The notes beneath the pieces were generated by a model, which had not been told where the DNA came from, did no database searches, and saw nothing but the letters and a program-made list of their open reading frames with translations. Of a stretch of 64,000 bases of DNA, positions 1-7,602 are shown piece by piece. The first letter of the stretch is position 1; every line of letters begins with the position of its first letter. The translations under genes and the position numbers were made by a program. The stretch is from Candidatus Pacearchaeota archaeon (GTDB lineage: Archaea; Nanobdellota; Nanobdellia; Pacearchaeales; GW2011-AR1): the NCBI GenBank assembly GCA_038740375.1, contig JAVYLW010000004.1, positions 28,067 through 92,066 on the forward strand, written 5' to 3'.

Positions 1-377
1 GGCACCCATATAGTTACAGGAAGATTTCTTGGTTTTAGATTCCACTCATCTAGTAATTCTATTTCTCTTTCATTTTTGTATTTCATAGTCCAAAAAATTC
101 CCATAGTATCAAATATTATTGGAGCAATATTTTCTTTTATATTCTCTGGAAGGTCTGATATTTCTTCTGCTAATACTCCTATACTATAACTTTTACCACT
201 TCCCCTTTTACCAGCAATTAATATTACATGACTTCTAATTATATCTAGATAAATTCTATTAGATAAGGATATGTAATTTCCCATCTGAACATATCCTTTG
301 CCTATGTAAATAACCCCTTTGTCTTGAAATTTTTTTTGATCTTCTTTATTTCTTCCTATTATAATGTCATAAACCAT
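1..377 (-). CDS. HerA/DUF87-family P-loop ATPase, N-terminal fragment (gene runs off the window start)
   Basis: My own translation of the minus strand from the ATG at 375-377 to the window edge; it is absent from the ORF track because it is truncated. Sequence: MVYDIIIGRNKEDQKKFQDKGVIYIGKGYVQMGNYISLSNRIYLDIIRSHVILIAGKRGSGKSYSIGVLAEEISDL..IIFDTMGIFW. A Walker A motif (GKRGSGKS) follows an N-terminal segment in the arrangement typical of COG0433/HerA-like ATPases. Confidence 0.55.
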   Translation of the reverse strand, partial: MVYDIIIGRNKEDQKKFQDKGVIYIGKGYVQMGNYISLSNRIYLDIIRSHVILIAGKRGSGKSYSIGVLAEEISDLPENIKENIAPIIFDTMGIFWTMKYKNEREIELLDEWNLKPRNLPVTIWV

Positions 378-659
378 TATTTTGACCTCTTTAATACTTA
401 GTATATCTTTAGTAATAATAGAATGCTCATTGTTTTTTAATGTTTTTTTGTGTGTTTATAAATTTAATATATTTTTATTATTTCTTTAATTTATATTCTT
501 TGATTCTTTAATCTTTGATATTATATAAATATAAATAAAAAATATATCTTTAATAATATATTTTTTTATTTGTTAATGTTTATAAATTATTGCAATTTTA
601 AAAATTTGATGGATTTTTAAGACCACAAGGTTTTTAAATCTTTAAAATTTAAATCTAAA

Positions 660-1751
660 ATGGAAGAAGTTAAAGATGTAAAACTAGCATCTAAAGGAGA
701 ATCTAAAACTGAAAATTATAATAATTTGAATTTTTCTAATTCTAATAATTCTCAAAAGAAATATAATGGATGGATGATTTTAAGTATAATTCTAGGTGTA
801 ATAATAGTTATTCTTTTAGTGGTTTTAGTAAGAGGAGGAATTACAGGAAAGACTGTTATTAAAGGTGATGATGCTGGTAAAAAACTTGTTGATTTTTTAA
901 ATGAAAAGACTGGAGGAGGTGTTGAATATATTAATTACTCTGAAGAGGGAAAAAATCTTTATCAAATTACAGTAAATTATCAAGGACAAAAATTTCCTCT
1001 TTATATTACTAAAGATGGAGAATATTTTGTTCAAGGAGCTATTCCACTTTCAGAAAATTCAAAAAATACTCCTGAGTGCAGCGATGACTCTGATTGTTCT
1101 AATGGAGAAATCTGCAAAAATGGGGTTTGTGTAGCTTCACCAAAACCTGTTCCAAAGACAGCAAAACCTGTTGTAGAAGCTTTTGTATTTTCATATTGTC
1201 CTTATGGAATACAATTTGAAAAAGCATTATTTCCAGTTTATGATTTGTTAAAAAATAAAGTAGATATTAATATAGTTGCAATTGGTGCTATGCATGGAGA
1301 ATATGAAAGAATAGAATCTTTAAGACAAATAAGTATTGAAAAATTGTATGGAAAAGATAAGTTATTTGCTTATTTAAAAGAATTTTCCGCTAGCACGGAT
1401 ATAGGTTCTTGCAGAGGTGATGCAGCATGTCTAGATAAATTCATAACTGATATATTTAAAAAATTAGGAATTGATAAAACAAAAGTTGAAAATTACATGA
1501 AAAATGATGCTCCTAAAATTTATGATGAACAAAATTCAAGAGCTAATAGTTTAGGAATTAGTGGTTCACCAACTTTTGTTATAAACGGAGTTGAAGTTCA
1601 AGTAAATAGAACGCCTGAAGCTATAAAACAAGCAATATGTGATGCTTTTACAACAAAACCTTCTGAATGTTCAAAAAATCTTTCTAGTTCTCCTGTATCA
1701 GCTGGATTTGGAACTTCAAGCAGTAATACAAATAGTGCTGGAAGCTGCTAA
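660..1751 (+). CDS. Membrane-anchored DsbA-like thioredoxin-fold protein (thiol:disulfide oxidoreductase)
   Basis: 363 aa. It has an N-terminal TM helix (WMILSIILGVIIVILLVVLV), a Cys-rich linker (CSDDSDCSNGEICKNGVCV), a CxxC active site in FVFSYCPYGIQFE and the DsbA-type motif GISGSPTFVINGVEV. Confidence 0.65.
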   Translation: MEEVKDVKLASKGESKTENYNNLNFSNSNNSQKKYNGWMILSIILGVIIVILLVVLVRGGITGKTVIKGDDAGKKLVDFLNEKTGGGVEYINYSEEGKNLYQITVNYQGQKFPLYITKDGEYFVQGAIPLSENSKNTPECSDDSDCSNGEICKNGVCVASPKPVPKTAKPVVEAFVFSYCPYGIQFEKALFPVYDLLKNKVDINIVAIGAMHGEYERIESLRQISIEKLYGKDKLFAYLKEFSASTDIGSCRGDAACLDKFITDIFKKLGIDKTKVENYMKNDAPKIYDEQNSRANSLGISGSPTFVINGVEVQVNRTPEAIKQAICDAFTTKPSECSKNLSSSPVSAGFGTSSSNTNSAGSC

Positions 1752-1765
1752 AATTTAATATTTCT

Positions 1766-1927
1766 TTTAATTTTTAACAAGAAATTTAGGCCCTTTAAAG
1801 GTGAAAAGATTGAATTGCATTATAATTAAAAAGCGATGAAGTTTATAGAAAATCAAGAAATACACTATAATCCTATTTTTTAAGTTACTAAGGGCAGCCG
1901 TCCAATTTAGTGGATAGAGGAGTCGCA
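1766..1927 (+). mobile_element. MITE-like repeat, copy 1 of 4 (IS200/IS605-derived family)
   Basis: Aligns by eye over about 160 nt with 12872-13030 (+), 30796-30955 (-) and 39528-39810 (+). Shared blocks are AACAAGAAATTTAGGCCCTTTAAAGGTGAA, GAATTGCATTATAATTAA, ATGAAGTTTATAGAAAATCAAGAAATACAC and TTACTAAGGGCAGCCGTCCAATTTAGTGGATAGAGGAGTCGC. Confidence 0.6.
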
Positions 1928-2056
1928 TAAAATAGAAACATTCTAAAAGATGTTCTATATGTTTAATATGGATAATTTTAAACTTATTACACATTACGCA
2001 ATTTTTCATTAAACAATACCCAAAGATTTATTAATTAATTAATAATTAATGTTAAA

Positions 2057-2551
2057 ATGACAAGTATAGGTGATTTAAAATCAGGACAGGGAAATGTTAA
2101 TGTTGAAGGATTTATTAGAGAACTTGGAGAAGTTAGAATTATAAACAAATATGGAAGAGAGTTGAAGTTATGTAATGCTATTTTAGAAGATGATTCTGGA
2201 AATATTAAGTTAACTTTATGGAATGATGATGCTGTAAGATTTAAGGAAGGTGATAAAATTAAAATTATTAACGGATATGTTGGTGAGTTTAAAGGAGAAC
2301 TTCAGCTTACTTCTGGAAGATTAGGAAGAATGGAAAAAATAACTTCTAATATAATAAAAAATGATGAGGAAGGGGATTTATCTATTATTAAAGAAGAAGT
2401 TGAAGATGAGTTAGATAGTTCAGTTACAAAGAAAGGAATATTTTCTAAAAAAGATTTAAAGAAAGCGACTAAGGAAGTTTATGAAGATAATTCTAAAAAT
2501 ATTTTTGAAGAAAATTCTTCTGATAAATCTATTGATGAAGAATTTTTTTAA
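2057..2551 (+). CDS. Single OB-fold ssDNA-binding protein (SSB/RPA-like) with acidic C-terminal tail
   Basis: 164 aa. The OB-fold pattern is VNVEGFIRELGEVRIINKYGRELKLCNAILEDDSGNIKLTLWNDDA..GDKIKIINGYVGEFKGELQLTSG. It is followed by a low-complexity acidic tail ending SIDEEFF. The gene is convergent with the RFC genes. Confidence 0.6.
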   Translation: MTSIGDLKSGQGNVNVEGFIRELGEVRIINKYGRELKLCNAILEDDSGNIKLTLWNDDAVRFKEGDKIKIINGYVGEFKGELQLTSGRLGRMEKITSNIIKNDEEGDLSIIKEEVEDELDSSVTKKGIFSKKDLKKATKEVYEDNSKNIFEENSSDKSIDEEFF

Positions 2552-2594
2552 TAATTTATAAAATATTATAATGATTTTGTTTTATAATGCAGCC

Positions 2595-3830
2595 TCAAGT
2601 AAATAAGCTTAATTTATTTTCTTTAATTATTCTTTGTTTTTTTTCTTCTATATAATCATATTCTGAGTTTTCTAAGTCAAGTTCATTTTTTATTTTTTGA
2701 TTTATTATAAAAGGTAAAAGAAAGAATTCTTTTGCTGCTTTTCTTTTTGACATATGTGAAATTTCTGCAAATTTTTTAATTATACTATTTTTTTTCATGT
2801 TTGTTTGATTGTTAATCCATATTTTTAAAATTCTTGAAGGACGCCTGTATTGAACAAATTTATTATATTTAATTTTTGTTGCTGATGATATACCTGCTGT
2901 TAAGAAAAAATTTTCATAAATCAAAAATCTCCAAAACTGGTGTCTGTATATTCTACCTTTAAATATATCGGCTTTTGATAGATATTCTTGAGCTTTTGCC
3001 AAAGCTTTACCTTGATATTCTAAGGGAATATTTTCTTCAATCCAGAAAATTATTTCATCAAGTTCTGCGTCTACATTATCAAATACATTTATAATATCTT
3101 TTTCAGTTGGCTTTTGAAAAATTTTTTTTAAAGCATTAAAAATATCTTCTTGTTTTTCTCTTTCAGATATTTTGAATACTTCTTTATCTTTATCATATGT
3201 AAGTATATCTTCTTCTGAGCTAATTAAAGTCTGAAGATCATTTAGAGCAGCTCTTACATCTCCTTTTGATTTTTGTGTTATTAATTTTATTAAATAATCA
3301 TCTATCTCTTTTTTTTCTTTTTTTAATACATTTTTTATTATTTCAATTATAAATTCATCTTTTATTTCTTTTAAATTAATTATTTGACATTTTGATCTTA
3401 ATAAACTAAATTTTTTATCCCAAATATTATTTGTAGTTATTATTATAGGAAATGATGTTTTTGAAATTAATATTATAAGTTCTCCGATACATCCTCTGTC
3501 ATCTCCGCTTATTCCATCTATTTCATCTATTAATATTATTTTTCCTTTTTTGAATAATGATGATTGTTCACTTGCAGGTTTTAATATTTCTTCTAGTTTT
3601 TGTTTATTTCTTAAATCAGATGCGTTTAATTCGAATAATTCTAGATTATTTTCATTTGCAAGTGCAATTGCTAGAGATGTTTTTCCAGTTCCAACAGGAC
3701 CATTAATTATAACTGCTCTTTTTTTTGGAAAAGTTTTATAAAAAATTTTTAAATCTTGGATTGCAAGATCTTGACCTTTAATGTCCTTGAAATATTTTGC
3801 ACGATATTTTTCTATTAATGGAAGTGACAT
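2595..3830 (-). CDS. rfcL: Replication factor C large subunit
   Basis: 411 aa. The N-terminus LIEKYRAKYFKDIKGQDLAIQDLKIF, Walker A in IINGPVGTGKTSLAIALA, ELNASDLR and ILIDEIDG are present. It lies directly downstream of rfcS on the same strand. Confidence 0.85.
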   Translation of the reverse strand: MSLPLIEKYRAKYFKDIKGQDLAIQDLKIFYKTFPKKRAVIINGPVGTGKTSLAIALANENNLELFELNASDLRNKQKLEEILKPASEQSSLFKKGKIILIDEIDGISGDDRGCIGELIILISKTSFPIIITTNNIWDKKFSLLRSKCQIINLKEIKDEFIIEIIKNVLKKEKKEIDDYLIKLITQKSKGDVRAALNDLQTLISSEEDILTYDKDKEVFKISEREKQEDIFNALKKIFQKPTEKDIINVFDNVDAELDEIIFWIEENIPLEYQGKALAKAQEYLSKADIFKGRIYRHQFWRFLIYENFFLTAGISSATKIKYNKFVQYRRPSRILKIWINNQTNMKKNSIIKKFAEISHMSKRKAAKEFFLLPFIINQKIKNELDLENSEYDYIEEKKQRIIKENKLSLFT

Positions 3831-3883
3831 CTTATTTTTTAAGATTTAAAAAATTATTTAAATGATAATATCATTAATTTTTT

Positions 3884-4855
3884 TTATTTTGTAATACCTT
3901 TTCCAGCTAATACAAAACTTGCTAGTAAAGATTCTAGTTGTATAAATTCATCACTACCTTCTACCATTCGAAATTCAATTTCACCAGTTTTTTCTGTTAA
4001 TTTTACTTTTAGTTCATCTTCTATTTGAAGGTTCCATATTTCTTTTTGAATAGATTTTATTATGTCTGTTCCTGAGATAGATTCTTTTAGCATAACTTCA
4101 AGAAGTTTTTCTTTTGCTTTTAGGAAATCTCCTGTTAAAGCGTATTCTAAAACAATTCTTATTTCTGCTGGTTTTGCAGTTGAAATTAAAGTATTTATTA
4201 ATTCAGGAGTAATTGCAGGAGTTATCGAAGCTGCAGCTTGCATTAAATTAATTACTCTTCTACAATCACCTTCTGAAACTTCATATAAAGTTTCTATAGT
4301 TTTTTCTGAAATTTGTAATCCTTCTTTTTCAGATATATATCTTATTCTTTTTTCTATATCTTTTTTTTCTAAAAGTTTAAACCTGAATACTACGCATCTT
4401 GATTGAATTGGATCTATTATTTTTGAAGAATAATTACAAGATAAAATGAATCTGCATGTGCTAGTAAAGTTTTCCATAGTTCTCCTTAATGCTTGTTGTG
4501 CTTCTTTTGTTAAAGCATCTGCTTCATCTAAAAAAATAACTTTGAATGGAACGCTTCCAAGAGCTTTTGTTCTTGCAAAATCTTTTACTTTCTGTCTTAT
4601 TATATCAATTCCTCTTTCATCTGATGCATTTAATTCTAAGAAATTTTCTTTCCAATTATTGCCAAATAAATCTCTTACTACAATTAAAGCCAAAGTTGAT
4701 TTGCCTGTTCCAGCAGGACCTGCAAATAGCATATGAGGAATATTCATAGCTTTTGTTAAATTCTGAACTTTTTTGATTATCTCGTCTTGACCTACAACTT
4801 CTTCAAATTTTTTTGGCCTGTATTTTTCTGTCCAAATAGCTGAATTATATTCCAT
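3884..4855 (-). CDS. rfcS: Replication factor C small subunit
   Basis: 323 aa. Motifs WTEKYRPKKFEEVVGQDEI, MLFAGPAGTGKST, ELNASDERGID, IFLDEADALT (DEAD-like box) and SRC (PIQSRCVVFRF) are present. Confidence 0.9.
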   Translation of the reverse strand: MEYNSAIWTEKYRPKKFEEVVGQDEIIKKVQNLTKAMNIPHMLFAGPAGTGKSTLALIVVRDLFGNNWKENFLELNASDERGIDIIRQKVKDFARTKALGSVPFKVIFLDEADALTKEAQQALRRTMENFTSTCRFILSCNYSSKIIDPIQSRCVVFRFKLLEKKDIEKRIRYISEKEGLQISEKTIETLYEVSEGDCRRVINLMQAAASITPAITPELINTLISTAKPAEIRIVLEYALTGDFLKAKEKLLEVMLKESISGTDIIKSIQKEIWNLQIEDELKVKLTEKTGEIEFRMVEGSDEFIQLESLLASFVLAGKGITK

Positions 4856-5027
4856 CCTTTTAATTATTAAAGCGATTTTTTTGTTTTATAAATATTGTTA
4901 TCATCAAGCATTTATATTTTTTTGATAAAATTTGAGACTGATAAAATAAATAAGAGTAAGTATATCTTAATATTTTTTAAGAATATTTAATTATTTTGTT
5001 ATAAAAACAATTTTTAAGAAAAATTAA

Positions 5028-5138
5028 TTACATTAATTTTTTTTGTTTTCTTTTTCTCATTACACGTCTAAGTCTTTTTCTTTGCCATTTCCAACGCATC
5101 TGATTCTTCTTTTTCCATCTGCGACTAGATCTTTTCAT
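5028..5138 (-). CDS. rpl41e: Ribosomal protein eL41-like micro-ORF (36 codons; the core may start at the internal Met)
   Basis: My own translation; the ORF is below the track's size cutoff. Sequence: MKRSSRRWKKKNQMRWKWQRKRLRRVMRKRKQKKLM. The segment MRWKWQRKRLRRVMRKRKQ parallels eukaryotic/archaeal L41 as I recall it ([22 protein letters not shown]). Confidence 0.5.
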   Translation of the reverse strand: MKRSSRRWKKKNQMRWKWQRKRLRRVMRKRKQKKLM

Positions 5139-5290
5139 AAAATTAACTCGGAAAAAATAGTTTATAAAGCTTTTGGGTTTTACTTATTTTTTAATAAAAT
5201 ATTATTCATCGAGATTTAATGTAATTTTAGAATTTTGTAAATTTTAGTATTTAGAACTTTTTTTGTTAGTGTCTACTAATAGAAAAAATT

Positions 5291-6226
5291 TTATGCTGTT
5301 ATTTTGTTTAAATTTTTTAGGTAATAACAATAAGTTCTGTCTAATCCTTCTTCTAAACTAATTGTAGGTTTCCAATCTAAGTTATTCTTTATTTTTTCAA
5401 AAGAAAAACAATTTTTTTTAATTTCTCCTTTTTTTTCAGGAAGATATATGGGTTCAAATTTATTTTTAAAGTATTTATTTATTTTTGAAAAAATTTCTAT
5501 AATATCTGTCTCTTTTCCAGAACTGACATTATAGATATTACTTTTTTTTTCTTTTAATGATAAAATTAAAGCTTTTACAGCATCTTTTACGTATAAAAAA
5601 TCTCTTGTTTGAGTTCCACCATAGATTTCAGGTTTATTGTTTTTTAGCATTTTGTTTAAAAAAATTGAAATTACACTTCCATGTTCCTCATTAATATTTT
5701 GTCTTGGTCCGTATATATTACTTAGTCTTAAAATAGTGTATTTTAAATTATATTCTTTTTTATAAAAATAAAGATATTTTTCTATTGCTAATTTTGCGCA
5801 TCCGTAAGGAGATCTAGGCTTTGTTTCATGTTCTTCATTTATTGGAGTATATTTTGGTTCTCCATAAATAGCAACAGAAGAAGAAAAAATTATATGTTTA
5901 ACATTATTATTTTTTGCTAATTCTAAAATGTTTATTGATGATAAGATATTATTTTTTGCATCTTGAATAGGATTTTCTATAGATTTTCTTAAATTAATAA
6001 GTCCAGATAAATCAAAAATAATTTCAGGTTTTTCAAATTCAAAAATCTCTTTTATTTTCTCAAAATCTTTTAAATCAGCATTATAAAAAGTTGAGCGAGG
6101 ATTTATATTTTCTATTCTTCCTGAAGATAAATTATCAATTACAATTACTTTGTTATTTTCTTTAACAAGTTCATCAACAAGATGGCTTCCTATGAAGCCT
6201 GCACCTCCGGCAACTAATATTTTCAT
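5291..6226 (-). CDS. NAD-dependent sugar epimerase/dehydratase (extended SDR, GalE/UXS-like)
   Basis: 311 aa. It has the Rossmann motif MKILVAGGAGFIGSHLV and the catalytic YxxxK in SPYGCAKLAIE. It is the last gene of a co-oriented sugar gene string. Confidence 0.8.
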   Translation of the reverse strand: MKILVAGGAGFIGSHLVDELVKENNKVIVIDNLSSGRIENINPRSTFYNADLKDFEKIKEIFEFEKPEIIFDLSGLINLRKSIENPIQDAKNNILSSINILELAKNNNVKHIIFSSSVAIYGEPKYTPINEEHETKPRSPYGCAKLAIEKYLYFYKKEYNLKYTILRLSNIYGPRQNINEEHGSVISIFLNKMLKNNKPEIYGGTQTRDFLYVKDAVKALILSLKEKKSNIYNVSSGKETDIIEIFSKINKYFKNKFEPIYLPEKKGEIKKNCFSFEKIKNNLDWKPTISLEEGLDRTYCYYLKNLNKITA

Positions 6227-6231
6227 CTTTT

Positions 6232-7602
6232 TTAAAAAATATAAATTATTTTATATAAATAATACATCATTACTCCATCAAAAGTAGCACCTGCACCTGT
6301 CATATCTCCTATGATATTTAATAATTTTGGAGAATAAACTCCTATAATTTTTTTTTGTTTTAAATAAGATTCGTCTCCAAATTCTTTTTCAAATTCTTCT
6401 TTATTTAAATTTTTAATTTTGTTACTTGCAATATTTTCAATCATTTCTTTGTTAGGATATATTCCTGATGCTAATCTATATGAAGTTGCTATCACAGAAA
6501 ATTTCAATGCTTCTTCTAATTTTTCTTTTGGTATACTTTCATATTTTCCATAAGTTTTTAGTATAGCTCCATTTGGAGAATGAACGATAAGTATCTTATT
6601 TTCATTAGTTTTTATGTTTTCGCTTTTTGCTTTTTCTTCTAAATCTTCTAATATTTCACCTATTTTTTTATTTTTATCACCATTAACTGATTCATAAAGC
6701 TGTTTAATTTCTACATCATTCATAGATGCAAAATCGCTATTTAATACTATTTCTAGATATTTTTTTCTTTTATCATTATCCTTTGGAAAATCATTTGTTC
6801 CAATGTAAATTAAGTTTGAATCTACTTTGTTTCTTATTTCTTCAATTAAATTTTTATATTCTTCAGGTTCTCCTTTGTTAAGTCCACCTATATTAATTAA
6901 GACTCTTTTATAATTTGTTCCTAATTCTTGTAAGTTCTTAAAAAAAGAGTTTCTTTGTAGTTCTGATAATTCTCTTCCTTCTGAAAAAGTTATCATTATT
7001 CTATATTTTCCTAAATAATCTTCTAGACAAAGAGTTCTAGGTTTTGCTTTAGTAATTTTATTATTTATAAAAACTGGAATTAATTCTGGATTTCTATATA
7101 AAGCATCTATGGTTGTTGAAACAAGATTTCCAACATAAAAAACATCAACGTTTTTATCTTCTTTTGAGTATTCATACATTGAAATTGTTGTTATAGCTGG
7201 ACTTCCTCCTATATTGAGATACCATTCATCTTTTGGACAATATTCGCATACTTTTTTTTCTAATATAGAAATTTCTTGGTTATTTAGTCCTTTAAATTCA
7301 GCATTATTAGTTAAACCTTTTTTAATTTCATCTAATTTTTTAGATAAATCATTATAAAATTTTTTATTGTTTTCAAATTCTTTTTTGGCAAATTCCAATA
7401 CTTCTATGATATTCTCATGACTTATTTTTACAACCTCGTCTTCACAACATTGAAGGCCTGCAGTTAATGCTGTTTTTTCACTTAATTTAATTTTTTCTTT
7501 TAATATTTCTTTAAATTTAACTTTGTATTCTTTATCTTTATTATATGTTAATGCTATTTCACTTAATTCGTTTTTTTCTTGCAATATTTTTTCTAATTCC
7601 AT
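6232..7602 (-). CDS. Ribokinase-superfamily carbohydrate kinase-like protein (ADP-dependent PFK/GK-like), atypical active-site motif
   Basis: 456 aa. It has NIGGSPAITT (GG sugar-binding motif), an NxxE-like SMNDVEIKQL and a C-terminal DMTGAGATFDG where ribokinase/PfkB proteins carry DTxGAGDxF. Its size matches ADP-dependent kinases. Its start overlaps the upstream mutase stop by 10 nt. Confidence 0.4.
   Translation of the reverse strand: MELEKILQEKNELSEIALTYNKDKEYKVKFKEILKEKIKLSEKTALTAGLQCCEDEVVKISHENIIEVLEFAKKEFENNKKFYNDLSKKLDEIKKGLTNNAEFKGLNNQEISILEKKVCEYCPKDEWYLNIGGSPAITTISMYEYSKEDKNVDVFYVGNLVSTTIDALYRNPELIPVFINNKITKAKPRTLCLEDYLGKYRIMITFSEGRELSELQRNSFFKNLQELGTNYKRVLINIGGLNKGEPEEYKNLIEEIRNKVDSNLIYIGTNDFPKDNDKRKKYLEIVLNSDFASMNDVEIKQLYESVNGDKNKKIGEILEDLEEKAKSENIKTNENKILIVHSPNGAILKTYGKYESIPKEKLEEALKFSVIATSYRLASGIYPNKEMIENIASNKIKNLNKEEFEKEFGDESYLKQKKIIGVYSPKLLNIIGDMTGAGATFDGVMMYYLYKIIYIF

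Noticed and set aside
1-377. HerA-like ATPase as part of a defence or NurA-HerA system.
   Set aside because: Only the first ~125 codons are in the window, and any partner genes would lie downstream of it, beyond the window start. Nothing here supports a system-level call.
1767-2009. 80-aa minus-strand ORF between the DsbA-like gene and the SSB gene.
   Set aside because: It runs through repeat copy 1, whose sequence is shared with three other loci that do not maintain this frame. The translation is low complexity.
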